Below are positions 14,507 to 28,536 of a stretch of DNA of 64,000 bases, piece after piece (within the stretch, counting starts at the first letter, position 1; the number at the start of each line of letters is the position of its first letter). The notes under the pieces were generated by a model. It saw only the letters and a program-made list of their open reading frames with translations. It made no database searches and had not been told where the DNA came from. The position numbers and the translations under genes are program-made. Source of the DNA: Bugula neritina (lineage: Eukaryota; Animalia; Bryozoa); assembly GCA_964035545.1 (NCBI GenBank), contig OZ037768.1:18335700-18399699 (forward strand), in the 5' to 3' direction.

Positions 14507-14953
14507 AGTTGCGTTTATACCTTCACGATTTTCGGTCAAAATTTCAATTTGGCCGGGTTGAAATTTCTCCGAGTTGCATTGCATTGTAAAAGCCACTCGT
14601 TGAAATTTTTGTACTGTGATAACTTAATCGGCCAATTTTAGAATAGGAGTAATAACTCCTTGTAAACATCGTTATTTAGTTATTACTTTGGCGATTAGAC
14701 AACGTACTTATACGGTTATAATTATATAGCCTACGCCTTCTCAATTATCGCTTTTATGCTTTCCGCTTCACTAATTCACGACGTTTACAAAGGGCATCAA
14801 ATAGCTATTATGCGAGTCAAAGTTCAATTTCAGAAAGTGAGCAACCGCATCAATATGATTTCAACGAGTTTAAGTTTGACTATAAAGGGGTACCCGGAAA
14901 AGCATTATTAACTTAAACTCGGTACTTTTTTCAGCAGAGGTATAAACGCAACT
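14507..14953. mobile_element. 447-bp MITE, copy 1 (TIR AGTTGCGTTTATACCT)
   Basis: Perfect 16-bp terminal inverted repeats; near-identical second copy at 60365-60811; flanks TTA / TAA. Confidence 0.92.
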
Positions 14954-15747
14954 TAAAACTTTATTATTCAGGTGTTTTAAGCAAATGGAAGTAAATTGCT
15001 TATTGTGTAATTCTAGTGTTGCATTTAACTAGTGTATCTTGAACATGTTAAGTAGTGTATCTTGAACATGCACCCTACAGAGTTTGATTACACTTGTTTG
15101 CACACTTTGTTACAAGTGTGTTATATTTTATACAATTGTCTAAAAGGAAATCAATGACCATCCTTTGCTTCTATTATTTACATGTAAAGTCATGTTGAAC
15201 ATTGTGAAAGCCTACACAGCATGGAATTTATCGGAACTATTATGTCTACCCAGATGGTAAATCATAATAGTTGGGAACAAAGCAAGGAATGAATTATTCC
15301 TAATGGTATTTACTATTTCATTTCAATTTTAGTTTGGATTAAGGCAACAGCTGTAGCTCTGGTGCTGAAAGTTTCACAAAGAAGAAGCTCTTTTGTCAGT
15401 AAGTACAGAAAATATGTTCATATATCTTTTAGCTATACTTTTATTTGGCCATTCAGCTCAGCAATAAGAAAATCTATCAATAGTTTTCAACAATGATAGC
15501 GATCTATTTCCTTTGTACAATTCGAATTAAAGCCTAGGTATATTTATTGCAGTAGAAACTAGAAACAATGTCATCTTCTACTTATTTAAATCAGTTTCTC
15601 TTTTAGTCAGTCATTTACATAATGTTGAAATAAATTGATATCTGACAACAAGGCATGTATCAAAGTGAGATTGTTGTAAGCCTTCAGTTACTGATTTGTA
15701 GTGGGCGTATAGATGTAACTGCTACAAGTTCACTTTCTCTCTCAACT

Positions 15748-15819
15748 ATGAGTTTAAATCTGCTATTAAGACTCTCAGACGATGAGTTTGAGAAACTTCT
15801 ATCTGCAGCGGATGTTCAG
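15748..15819 (+). CDS. PH-actin fusion gene, coding exon 1 (MSLNLLLRLSDDEFEKLLSAADVQ)
   Basis: Acceptor ttgtag at 15701, ATG at 15748, CAG|gtatgt donor, phase 0 in frame with next exon. Confidence 0.65.
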
Positions 15820-18800
15820 GTATGTATAGTTAGACTGTGCTCTACTACCTTTGTGCTTATAACCTGTATATAATACATGTACATAAAGTTTAGAGCCAAT
15901 GACTACAGGCTATAGGTTATAGCTTTGACAAAAAATGTTAAAATTTGGTTGATAGATTTTCCTGAATTTTGAGTCTCTTTTGCTATAAAAATAACATGAT
16001 TTATCTTGAACTGAAAGCTTTACTAGCCTTCAAAATATTGAATGCTATATCTCATACCTAGTACTATTAGTTTTCAGTATGTATAATTTTTATTAAAACC
16101 ACACACTTAACCTTTGGCTGTACATTTCTTAACCTCTATTGTTTATTAACCAAGTTTTAACATGTTGACAAAATGCATAGAAGTTATGGTAGGCTACAGC
16201 TTACTAAAAATAAAAATATATATAGAAGTTGAAGGCTGCATGTTACATTACTACAGTTTGCAACCTTTTGAGAAGATAAAAAATGGTCACCATGGTAACT
16301 AAACGCAACCATCAAACTATTCTCAAGTACCTTTCAAATGTTTTCCACAAATGTATGCAAACGCATATCTGGAGCATTTTTTACTTTGGGTCTATAAACG
16401 GTAGTGCAGACCCCTGACTACTGGTTGATACATTCACACTGAGTATACAGTCAACACTTTAGTTCTCAGCTAATTCTCACTTCTAAGTTCTATTACTAAC
16501 TTACAGAATGATAAGATTGCATGTCCACAGTCTAAAGAAAGATGGGTGTTATAGGCTGGTTTATGCTGCATATATAATTCACTTCGCAACAGTGTTATCT
16601 CATATGCTAAGCTTTAAGGAAGTGGAGTTATTTCCTTCGTCCACTTCAGTGTTTCTCTAATTTAGTACAATATTATTTATAAGCTGACCTTTCTAACTGT
16701 TTACATTCAAACATGAGATACCCAACTGGGTTTATTCTTAGAGTTAGGATGAAATCTACACTTTAAAAAGCAATTGTCGCCTACACTTAAATAGTTTATA
16801 AGATGTGGTATAACTTCATAATCAGTGTTTAAAACAAGCAAACTTGCATAACTCATTCTGTATTGGAGTAATTCTGTAGATATGGTTGTTAAGCTGTGTA
16901 TTTAATTACAAATACCTACATGCTAAACATTCAATGTGTTATGATAATATATTCACACAAAGCTTTTGTAGATAGACTTGTTTGACAACTGAGATTCCAA
17001 CACAAAATAGTTGAGATCAAAACATTTGATATTGCACTACTTGTGTTACTTTCTTGTGTGGCTCACGTATCTGAAGTGTTGCAATCTTTCTTAGAGCAAC
17101 TGCAGCTGATAATACAGACTAGGTACCTCCCAGCTATCCATTAGGCAAAACAGTTATACTGTACTTCAGCAGTGTAGCTCAATAAAATATAAATTTTAAT
17201 TTACTGGTATAGACTGTAATGGTTGCAAACTACAAAGACATGCACTGTTAACAAAGGGTCTAATTAAACTGGGGTTTCTAACAAGGTACCACTAAACCAA
17301 AAATAAATTAAAAACTTAACTTAATTTGCTTCCCTGAAACAAAAGGTAGTAATTAGAAATATTGTTAAGGTGCTGCGAGGTTCACCACAATTGAGCTGTT
17401 CCTTTGGTTGCAGTAAAATGCTTTTTAGTACAAGTAATAATAGCTGTGTAAGAAATAAGAAATAAACTTGTTTTAGCAAATAAATTTAAACATGAGTCGG
17501 CTAGTAGACCAGCTACTAATCTATATATAATATCCTAAATAGCTAAGTCCTATAACCTACTGAGCTCCTTGCAGCTATTGATGCTAATGTTGACACTTTT
17601 CAATGTGAATCAGTTCGACAATGATAAAAATGATGTGCTTCCATTATAACTGGGTATTAAAATATTTTACAATGATTATTTTTCATTTAATTTTGCAGAA
17701 ATAAGTTATCTAAGTAGCATTTAAATTTCCAATACATTCTTGACTTTTTTAAACAAGTATCTTTTCAGGAACATCTTGATGGGTTTTCTAATTTTAAATC
17801 AAGTATTACAAGCTCTATAATGTATAGATCTACTTTCGAAAAGTCTTAAATTCTGTCATCCTGGCCATTCTTATCTCCATGAGGCAGCTACGACTAGTTT
17901 ACTTAAAATATTCACATCATGCCCTCCCCCCCCCCCCATCTGCTCAATAGTACGTATGTTTTCTACTAAATTTGCATTTGGCTGCAATATTATAGTCTGG
18001 GGGTTACATGTATTGATTAATGTAAGACTATGTATTAATTATGGTATTGTTTTCCTATCATAATTATCTCTTAGTTATATAACCAATGCCCAATTCTTAG
18101 TGTTATCAATGAATAATGGTTGACTGAACTCACACAATGCTATTGATTTTTGGGTGTAATTAGTTTAGTTTAGTGATTGACAATTCACTATTATATAATA
18201 TGAAACCATTTATTAATCATGTTTTCTTCTAATAAATCCTAATAAAAGAGCAATATATGATTAAGATTTAATATTAATACAGAAGTACATACCGAGGTCT
18301 TGTTGGCCACTTCTAAATTATATTAAAACAGACTTATAGATAAAAATCTTGCCTAACATTTATGACCTTAAAGTCCTTATTGTTGCTTAAAAATCTGGGG
18401 TTTTCTAATGAGGAGCAACTATAAATGTACAAGAGTGCTACGTAAATATCACAAAACTCAAGTAGAGCAAGTTCAGCCTAAATACTTTAACCTGCATCTC
18501 TAATGGTTTGAATTTCCCTAAAACCTTCCGATATAGTGTGATCTAAGCTAGTTCTGCTTAGCTTTGCTATTATAGCAAAAAGTTAGATTAAAGTTTTGTA
18601 TGATTTGAGCAGAGCTCATGCAAAAATTTTTTGCCTTGTTGTAATGCAAAGATTAAGTAAAAATTTCTTAGACTTCTATGATAAAGCAGCAATTTTCTGC
18701 ATGAATGTAATAAACTCACGATACTTCTTTTGCAAAAGACAAGACAACTCCTAAAATTATAAGCTATGTCCTGAAAATATCTAATATAGTTTTTATAGGT

Positions 18801-19377
18801 GACAATAATTTTATAATACAAATTTTATTCAAAAATAAACTAAATAGCACATAGTTATTAAGGAAATCCTTTTCATAACTTATATATTAAATAATGGCCA
18901 TAGATCAATGATAGTGCAGTTTGATTTTTAAAGCAATTTTGTGGACATGCATTAAACATTTTCAACAAGAATTCAATTATGATTGTTTGTATTTCATCAG
19001 CTGTGGTAGCATCACACAGTTGTACACTGCAGACAGCATTAATATACTGATTAGAAATCAATTATACTGATGCATGCTGTCTTTAGTCATGCATAATGAT
19101 TTATTATTATCAGATCTGTGAGACTGTGAGAAACAGACTCAATGAACAAAGTGATAGCCATATGGCTTTAACTCAACTCTGGTGTTACTCTAATAATCTT
19201 GTGTAGTAAAATATTGGATTGATTGCTTGATTCTAGAGAAAAAGCTCATGTGGGTTTATAGCTGCTATCTTTGTGAGAACCACCTCCTCGGAAAATTTGT
19301 TTAAAAGTGTGCTAAGGACGTGTTTTATATTGTGGAAAAGGAGCAATTATGACTATAACATTACAAATGACCTTTTT

Positions 19378-19443
19378 CTGGGATCCAAACCACTAACCTT
19401 GCGCTTACTAGGCCAGCAATCTAACCACTAAACTACAGCTGCC
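19378..19443 (-). mobile_element. tRNA-derived SINE head (or tRNA pseudogene), intronic
   Basis: Reverse complement GGCAGCTGTAGTTTAGTGGTTAG...GGTTTGGATCCCAG has A-box-like and degenerate B-box-like motifs at tRNA spacing. Confidence 0.5.
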
Positions 19444-19506
19444 ATTATCTAATTCTATATATTAATATAAATGAAACTTTGATAACAAATTATATTTCTA
19501 TTCTAG

Positions 19507-19701
19507 AGTGCTATAGACATTATATTTGAACTACAAGATGCCATGGTGAAAGAGCAAGAGAGATTTGATACCATCTCTACAGCTCTCTCTAACATACATG
19601 ATAGATCTTCACTGCAATTCGCAAGACTTTCAGAAGAGCTGGTAGATTCGCAGAATAAATTAGCTTTGTTGGTGTTGAGAAACAAGCATTGCTTCCAATT
19701 G
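19507..19701 (+). CDS. PH-actin fusion gene, exon 2 (helical/coiled-coil)
   Basis: ttctag|AGT...TTG|gtaagt; 65 codons SAIDIIFELQDAMVKEQERFD...HCFQL. Confidence 0.8.
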
Positions 19702-21357
19702 GTAAGTTTGCCTAAATCAGCTTCAAAATAGAAGCAGGTGCAGTAAGAAAGAAACCATGAGAAAAGCCTGCATTATAGATGAAAAATGTAGCATAACTTA
19801 ACCCATGCCCCAAACCAAAACTTGTTAAGGATATTAAAGAACTTAGGCTATTAAGATTTCTCTGCCATTGTACATAAATGTCAAGACCGCAGTTTTATAA
19901 TAGCAGATAGCAGATTTATTATGCCTATATAGTTCGTACTTTGGAGTTTACTGCGCAATGTATAGTGCTTAAAAATAGTAGTAATGTAATTTGTTGCTAA
20001 GGAGCTATAAGGAATGCTAGAATATGTTGTATGGACAGCCTACAATGTGACTGGTGAGTCATTGATAACTTATCTAAGCTGAACGGTTTAACGTTACATA
20101 GCCAGTGTGTCTGTCTGTGCATGTACGTGCTGCAGTATTTATATTATATATTATATCATGTAACATAGAACATGTTCTAATCACCCTTTGCAAGTAAAAG
20201 TTTACTCCCAAACAGCTAAAATAATGGCAAGCATATGCATGAGTATACTTTTTAGAGAATTCTAAGCGCAAAGAATGAAATGTTTGTAAAAAATGTGCAC
20301 TAAAGTGTTGATTTTTAACTAAAAATTTAAACTAATTTCTAAGTACCTAACTAAATAAATGTCTTTGATGCCTGTTGTAACTTGCAACTTATTTTTCACT
20401 GTAAAATTTGGCTTAGCATACAAACAAGCTTAATATATATACATATATATAAAACTTGATATATATACATATATATATAAAACAATGATATATATATTTA
20501 AAATATTTCAATAATTATTTATAACATATTTTTTGAGAAAGTGACTGATACTTGACACTTATTGATCTCGACCTTTATCAACCAATGACTATATTATGCA
20601 ATTAGCACAACTTCCCAGGTTTTACATGAATGAATCGTCTGATTATTATGTTATAATTTGAGAACAGATGTTCCATGTTTGGCTTGCATATTGCTTCAAA
20701 CATAAGCTGATGAAAATTGTTTATCAGCGAATGCAAACATTGGATCAATATTATTATAGCATGCTATTGTTTCAATATATCAAAAAATTTAAAATACTAA
20801 AATTTTTGTTACCATCTTTGGTGAAAACCAGGCATTTATTACAACAATTTAGTTTTAAAGAATGACTGAATACAATGCAATGGCAAGGCATCTGAAATTA
20901 TAATAATAAATGTTACACAAAAATAGCAGCTTAGCATACATATTATGACATTAATTTTTATATAATTAAAATCATAATAAAATAATTAATACTTTTTTAA
21001 TTTGCACAAAACAATAGCAGCTCTCTTTTGTCAATGGAAAGTAAATCAATCTAAATTCTAGAATGACACCATAAAAAGTGTATTTCAGTTGACAATGTTG
21101 CAGGTAAAGTCTTAAGTACATACTGCAATGATGAGTAACAACAATTATAGTGATTAGATTCTTTGCCTTTAAACATTTTACTTTTAAAGGCAAATAATTA
21201 AACTTATTTTCAGTATAGTATGGATTAGCAGTAGAAACGCTAAAGAATTTACAACATTCATTAGCTACCCACAGCATGTTATTATACATGTAGGTTTTAC
21301 TGAGTTGCAATTCTTATTTGTCATAACACTGACTTATATTTTATGAAATTTTTGTAG

Positions 21358-22309
21358 ACTAAAGAGCCCGAAGATGAGCATGATGTTGACGCTTCTTTGA
21401 ATTATAATTGCTGCCTGTCCAACAGGGACTCTAATAAACTGAAAGGTGCTGACAACTCCAATTCTACTGAGAGTAGTACTGAGAACTCCAGACATACCGA
21501 TCAATCAAAAGGTGCTGACAAAAACTTCAAAGAACAGCCGCCACACATTAACACCTTAGATTCTGTAAATATTCAATCAGACTCAGGCTGTAACTACAAC
21601 TCTGGTGGATGCCAGCAAATAAGTTCCCAATTCGATTCCCCAAGGCTGGAATCCACAGCTCTACTATCTGTATCCACACCAACACAGTCCACTTTTGATA
21701 AGAAGTCTAAGCGAGTTCTTACAGTTAAAACCACCAACTTGTCAGGGTGTAATGCAGACAGCCCTCATTTACTCACAAATTCACAGCCGAGAACAAATAG
21801 CAAATCAGAAGCATCAGATTTATCAAAAACTGTATCATCTGTAAAATCAAATATGTCACATGACAATGACAAATCAACAACGAACAAGTTTCAACCCCTA
21901 CCTACTTGTAATCCCTCTTCTACATCATACGTTTTAGGCACCGCAAACATTGTTTCTTCCATAAATACAAGTTTGGTCTACAATGCCAGCAGCACATTGT
22001 TCGGCAGCATTTCACCAGGTCTGCGTTCACCCAGAAGTGACATCAGTAATTTGTGCACACCAAGGTCTTTCCGGAGTTCGTCATCTCCTAGAAGTGACAT
22101 TAGCACTGCTACACCAAAATCACGTCAAAAGTTGTCTCCTCTCCCCGTGTCTTCTATTCTTGACCTTGACATGCCCGAGACTAATATAGATGAAGATGAG
22201 AGAGTGACTTTATGTGAGGAGCTCGTGTCTGATAAGATCTCATGTACCACAGACGAAAGCGGTTTCACGTCTGCTTCTTCTGAATCCGATATCACCCTCA
22301 CCAGTCCCG
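21358..22309 (+). CDS. PH-actin fusion gene, exon 3 (Ser/Thr-rich disordered region)
   Basis: tttgtag|ACT...CCCG|gtaagc; 952-nt open frame, phase 1. Confidence 0.85.
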
Positions 22310-23163
22310 GTAAGCTATTTTTATAACTTATTAAAATCAGTTAAATTTAGTTTATTATAAAGTTTCTAATGTTATTCTCTCTTTGCATGTGCTCTTTTTT
22401 ACTAATGTAGTATCGTGTTTTCATGAAATTGTAAAAAGAAAAAATGTATTGCAATGTTTAATAGCATTTATACTATATATTCTTGGGTAATGTTATAACT
22501 TATATATACTTGTTACTAAACTTATAAGTAAAAAAAATTAGGATTATATTTGTTTTAAAAATCTTAGCTCATAGTGCTAGATAAAAAGCTTCTGTTGGTG
22601 ATTTTCTTTATTATGTTAGACAACTCTCATTTCTTTATCATGCAAAGGTTCTTTATATTACTAGCAATTTCTATATACCTGAAGCCAAAGCAGTAAGCAA
22701 CATTTCTAAATAAAAGATTATGGTTATAAAAGTTACTTATTCAGCAGAAGTTGCTGGTAATACAGTTTTAAAGACATAGGAGTACTGAATTACAATGTTG
22801 TACAATACCATAGACTATAGAGTAAAGGTTTATAACACAATTTTTTTCCTTCTTCTGCCCGTTACTCCACCCGTTATTTTTTCAACAGGAGCTACAATTT
22901 ACAATTATTGTTATAAAGAATGTATCAAAACTAAATAACCACTTAAATATCAGGATAACAATGCCCTGAATTATCTCCCTCTCCCAACCAAATTTTATAG
23001 TAAGCCAAGGCTCCTGATAAACACATATACATAAACTATTTATTACTGTGGGCATGTAGTTTATTTATTGCGCACTATTGGTACATAGGCTGTTATAACA
23101 GTGTGGCTAAAATGATTATCATGGTACTAGATTGTAAATTATTTCAACACTATTGTTTTTTAG

Positions 23164-23237
23164 ACATTGTATACGATTACCATCTTGAAGATGAAGAGAA
23201 AGTAGAGGAAAGGATATCCTTAAGGGGCTGGGATCCA
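23164..23237 (+). CDS. PH-actin fusion gene, exon 4
   Basis: ttttag|AC ATT GTA...CCA|gtaggt; DIVYDYHLEDEEKVEERISLRGWDP. Confidence 0.8.
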
Positions 23238-23503
23238 GTAGGTTATCATAATAGATTCTATTTAAACATAATTTCAGGCTTTTTATAGGCCCATCTTCAA
23301 ATATACGTCTGTATAATGTTTCAATAATTAGATGGTAATATATTCTATTAATGTCGATTTTAAAAATGTGTTTCAATTGCAAATAATAGCTTCAATACTT
23401 ATTTCATTAGCTAGCTACAATTGAAAAAGGGTATTTTTAGCTGCATAAAAATATTTAGAAACTAAAATAAAAATATGTTAATACTACGTAATTTTGGTTT
23501 TAG

Positions 23504-23548
23504 TCAAAGCTGGTAGATGAACTGTACAAGGTGGAGCTGGCTACAGAG
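23504..23548 (+). CDS. PH-actin fusion gene, exon 5 (45 nt)
   Basis: ttttag|TCA...GAG|gtatgt; SKLVDELYKVELATE. Confidence 0.75.
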
Positions 23549-24606
23549 GTATGTGAACAGTTTTTGAATGGCCTTCAGTCTTATTGACTGATGAAACATA
23601 CGTATATGTTCATCAACACATTTATGGCTGCGGGATAACTTAATATGTCAGCAGTTGAGGTTTTTCAAGTTAAATTAATTTTTATTTAGCATTACTGCAT
23701 CCAAGGCTTAGAAAATTTTTTAAATAATAATAACAATCACAATATAGAGTATTTAGAGAAACATATAAGATAGTGAAACTATAATAGTTAACTATTTAAG
23801 CAACATTTACTTATTTTATTCAACTACAATGAGGTGTTTGGCAGTTATGTGTAGAAGATACAGTAGCTTCTGTTTTGAGTCAGTTCTTGTATTTAGCAAA
23901 ATGAACTAAGAGTGCTTCTGGGTCTGCAGGCTTATTCATGCTTATAGGTTAACTAGGCTTTTTCAAAGCATCAAAAATAGTAAAATTATGGTTTGAATGG
24001 TCCCAGGCAACAAAGAGAGAATAACTCTAAATTAATGACTAATTACAATTTCAGGAGGTATTAAATGAAAATTGGATATTCATAAATCCTTTAGGTATTT
24101 TTAAATAAGTATAATAACAACATATGCATGTGTTTTCTAATCATAATTATATTATTTGTTGAACTAGACTGTAGTGATATTCGTGCCATATGGGGGAGGG
24201 GGAGGAGAGGGGGAGAGGGGAGGCTTTTAGCACTTTCGGTTGTTGTCAACTCTCTTCATCATGAGCTCTAGATTGCTTCAAAAAGCTATGAATTAACACC
24301 TCAAGTAAAAGCAGTAGAAGTCAAATGCATTGCAGTTTTATTAACCAGTATAAGACTAGTTCAGTGTACACACTATTGCGATTATATAAGAATTACACAC
24401 CACGAAGGAATCTCCACAACATTTTTCTAACTCATAAAAGTATTTGATTTCAACAGGCTATTGTATAGCCTAGCTTCCTCATGCCATTAACATGATGCCT
24501 CCACCTGATCTCTAAAAATGTTCACAATATGATAATATAACTAAACAGTAAATAATCTGTTATACAGACTGTTGCTAAAAATTCAAATTGATAAACTTTT
24601 ATTTAG

Positions 24607-24744
24607 CCCTCAAATGATAGAGAAGTGATAAACATGGAGGGATATTTGGAGAGACTACCCATTGGAAAAAATAAGAATACGTTGCTGAGGACGTGGAAAC
24701 AAGCATACTGCAAGGCTATAGATGGCATACTCTACTTTTACAAT
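24607..24744 (+). CDS. PH-actin fusion gene, exon 6 (PH domain strands 1-3)
   Basis: atttag|CCC...AAT|gtaggt; MEGYLERLPIGKNKNTLLRTWKQAYCKAIDGILYFY fits the PH pattern EGYL..W+..Y....G.L.(F/Y)Y. Confidence 0.85.
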
Positions 24745-25517
24745 GTAGGTGGTACTGAGCTATAACACTATGCTTTTAAATTTAATATTTAATTCTAAAC
24801 CGTAGATATACTATGAAAAGTAAATGAGGCTTATGTTACATTTTAAATCTAAACAAAATTTTAATGTAATGTGGGCTATTTGAGTTGCCTTTAGAGTTAC
24901 TTTCTTTCTAAAACTGCAATACATGATTGTGAAACTGTGTAAATCATTGCTTTTTGCAAATTCATATTGAAAACCATGAGTTAAATATTTACTGCTGCTA
25001 AGCTTGACTCGTAGTGCTTAAGTGTTTTGTCACATAGCTTTTTACATATAATCAGAAAAAGTAATAAAATTGCACCAGTTTCATCAAAAGATATATTAAT
25101 AGATTAAAATCTTTTGTTTTTTGCTGTAATTAACTGTATATCTTGCAACTTTTTAATTTTTCAAGAGCAGTAAAACGAAGGCATCTAAACAATGAGTCAG
25201 TTTTCAAAATGAGAATGTAATTTAAACTTTATCAACTGCCAAAAAATAATAATTAAAGTTTTTTGCAGTTATCTTAACCAAGTTGTTCAAACTCATGAAT
25301 CTAATAAAAAACTATTTACTCTAAATTAGGTCAAAAACATTTTCATTGAATCTTTCAAGTGATTTCAAACAACTCCCAGTAGCAAAAAATCCTGCAAAGT
25401 TATCATCTTTCTAACATCAACTGGTAGTCCTATAATATTGTCAATGCTTTAAAATAGTTGACCAAATTTGATGAATTATATTAATTTTGACATGCATTGT
25501 ATTTTTATATTTCATAG

Positions 25518-25610
25518 ACAAAAGAATCTACAGAGCATTATTCATTCATGTCTCTTATGGGCGGAGAATTAGAAGAACTGTCTAATAGGATGATAGGTAT
25601 TGATGACATG
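25518..25610 (+). CDS. PH-actin fusion gene, exon 7 (PH domain middle)
   Basis: tcatag|ACA...ATG|gtaaga; TKESTEHYSFMSLMGGELEELSNRMIGIDDM. Confidence 0.8.
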
Positions 25611-26499
25611 GTAAGAGTTAGTGTGTTTTAAAATATTATTTCTTTAGGGTAAAACATATATAATGAAATTATTAAATTGAAGAATTTTAGAAAGAAAAAT
25701 TTTATTGAATTCTTCTGAAGCTTTTTTATCAGCTCAACAAACTAATAAGAAGTGAAATAGAAGTCGTTCTCTCATCATTGCTTGCAGAAAAACATTTCAA
25801 CAATATTTTGCTTTTACAAAATACTTCCAGTACAGAAATTTTATGTTAGTGTTGCAATTTCTAATTCTTTTTTGTTCTTTTAGAGTTTTATTTTACAATA
25901 TTAGGCCATTCTGTGTTGCTATGACTTATTGTTATATACTATATAGCTATAGGTTATAGATTTATACGATATTATTATATTTTTATGAACAGTACTTTTG
26001 TGATGTTTAAATTAAATCTACGTAGAAGCCATAATCAAATACAGATTACTTATCAAATTTCTCAGCATGTTACCCATTTAAGAATCTTTTTTATTCTTGC
26101 TAATAATGAAACTGAAAGTTGAATTAAATTTTTGAGTATCTAGTTATAATTAGATTTAAAAAAAATCTTATTCATATAAAAAATCAACTAATTTAATTTA
26201 AACTAAAGCCACCCTATGCCATTCATAAAATCTGTACCTGTAATTGCTTACAGTTCATAAAAGTATTTAGAAGTTATCCCCAGTTAGTACTATTGATAGT
26301 AGGAAGCTACATGCAGGTCTTCTAGTTATTTCAAGTTGTCTCGCCTTGTTCTTGTTATAATTGCTATAATCGCTGAACACAGCAGTAAGCATACACTAAG
26401 TGTGTGCACTTACTGCTGTGTTATATACAACTGTACAGAATTTACACTGTGTATATATGATTTCTAGTTTAGAAAACATAATATATTGCATCTATTATA

Positions 26500-27060
26500 A
26501 TACAGCAATATAGTAATGCAATGCAGTCATATTATATAGTAATACAGTAATATGATTGTCTAATGAAGTAATATAGTAATACAGTAATATAGTATTGTAA
26601 TACAGTAATATTATATAGTAAATAAGTAATATAATAATGTAATGCAGTAATATAGTAATGTAATACAGTAATATATTAATGTAATACAGTTAATATAGTA
26701 ATATAGTAATACAGTAATATAGTATTGTAATACAGTAATATTATATAGTAAATAAGTAATATAATAATGTAATGCAGTAATATAGTAATGTAATACAGTA
26801 TTATATTAATGTAATACAGTAATATAGTAATACAGTAATATAGTAATACAGTAATATTATATAGTAAATAAGTAATATAATAATGTAATGCAGTAATATA
26901 GTAATGTAATACAGTAATATAGTAATACAGTAATATAGTAATACAGTAATAAAGTAATACAGTAATATAGTAATACAGTAATATAGTAATACAGTAATAT
27001 AGTAATACAGTAATATAGTAATACAGTAATATAGTAATACAGTAATATAGTAATGTAATG
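26500..27060. repeat. AT-rich tandem repeat (TAATACAG/TAATATAG)n with ~130-bp higher-order duplication
   Basis: Direct reading; the block starting at 26571 recurs at 26701, and a pure 16-mer run lies at ~26960-27050. Confidence 0.92.
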
Positions 27061-28536
27061 ATAGTAGTAAAACTATTTGTTTTGGCAGCGTTGTTGATAA
27101 GTTATTATCAAATTTCCATGAGGTAAATATTTACGTCACTCCTCTAAACATGTATAGGGGTACAACGCTGTTCCAATTTGCCCAGTAAAAGCAGAGCATT
27201 GCGCAACATGTATTAATATGTTGGTCACATGTGAACCTTGAATCACTCCCCCTTATTTTTGCAAAGCGTTTGTTTTGAAACTAGATTAAACTTTTATAGA
27301 AGAACATTTTTTTAATCATCTTATAAAGTTTAGTGTTGACAGTTGCTGATTAATTGATTAGAACTGCCAGCAATACTTCTGATTCTATCAATTAGTATAG
27401 AACTTACTAGAATGTTTACATTTCTAATTATGTACAACTGAAAGTTCTCTCAAATCTAATTTAAGTTACACAGAAAATGTCTCATGTTATGTTTACACCC
27501 TGGAATTTGCACTCACTGTAGTTTGTCAACACGATTGTTTATAGCTTTGATTTACAACAATAATAACTAGGTTATAGTTTCCATATGAGGGGTCAGCTAT
27601 ACAATATATGTTACAAATTAATTCAATCAATCTTTACCTCATTAACCCAGCTGGCTTTAAAGTGTTACATTGAATTTTGTGCCCTTGCTATTTACTAACT
27701 ACTGCAGCTGTTTTCATTCTACAAAGAAAAAAATCAAACTGTGCAAGTTGTTGATGTAATATATATGTATTTAGAAAGAAGAGATTTTATTTTACAAGAT
27801 TAAATGATATTTTAAAGTTGTATACTTTCTGCCAATATGGTGGAGCAGATTACTCCAACTTCTGATGCATAAATGAGAGAAAATGATGTTTTCTGTTGCT
27901 GTGCAATGAATTTGGCTTGTTACCTTTCCATCTAGAACTGTATCAGATTAGGTGTTGTCTAAAGTTTAGAGTCTAGGGCCTAGGCTATAGTACTTCTTTT
28001 AGTTTGACATATTATTCTTTAATATAGTATTATATTGTTTCACAGTTTACTCATTTGAGACTAGCATTATTTAATAAACTTAGCCAGTAACCTCATCAGC
28101 CACAAAACAGAATAATTTTTGACCTTATTAACCTTACAAATTTTTAACCAAGTCCCCAAATTTGAAATAATTTCCACTTTTATAAAACAATATTTTACCT
28201 ATAAATAAGGACTTGACGTATAACCAAAGTTGCTCAACACTATCTGATGGCTCAGCTGCTACTCTCACAAGTTTTAACTAAATTAGACTAGGCATTATTG
28301 TTTCCGGCATGTTCTAAAGAGAGGTTGCAACTCTAGAATCTATCCACTAAAGTTCACTGACTCTTATAGTTGTAATGGTGGCCAGATGTTTGCAAGCTGT
28401 GTTTTGAGTTCAATCAGTTCAGCTGTATTCAAATATCTCTCCAAATGTTTTTTATTTTCTTTCTTGTTGAATATATCCTAAATGTGTTTTGGATACTCCG
28501 CCATTTTGAAAAACTATATAAACTTGTTTCCTGCAG

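Noticed and set aside
19378-19443. Functional tRNA gene
   Set aside because: B box degenerate (GGTTTGGATCC) and no convincing acceptor stem; better explained as a SINE head.
20972-21310. 112-aa - strand ORF in an intron
   Set aside because: AT-rich random composition, TTG start and no domain signal.
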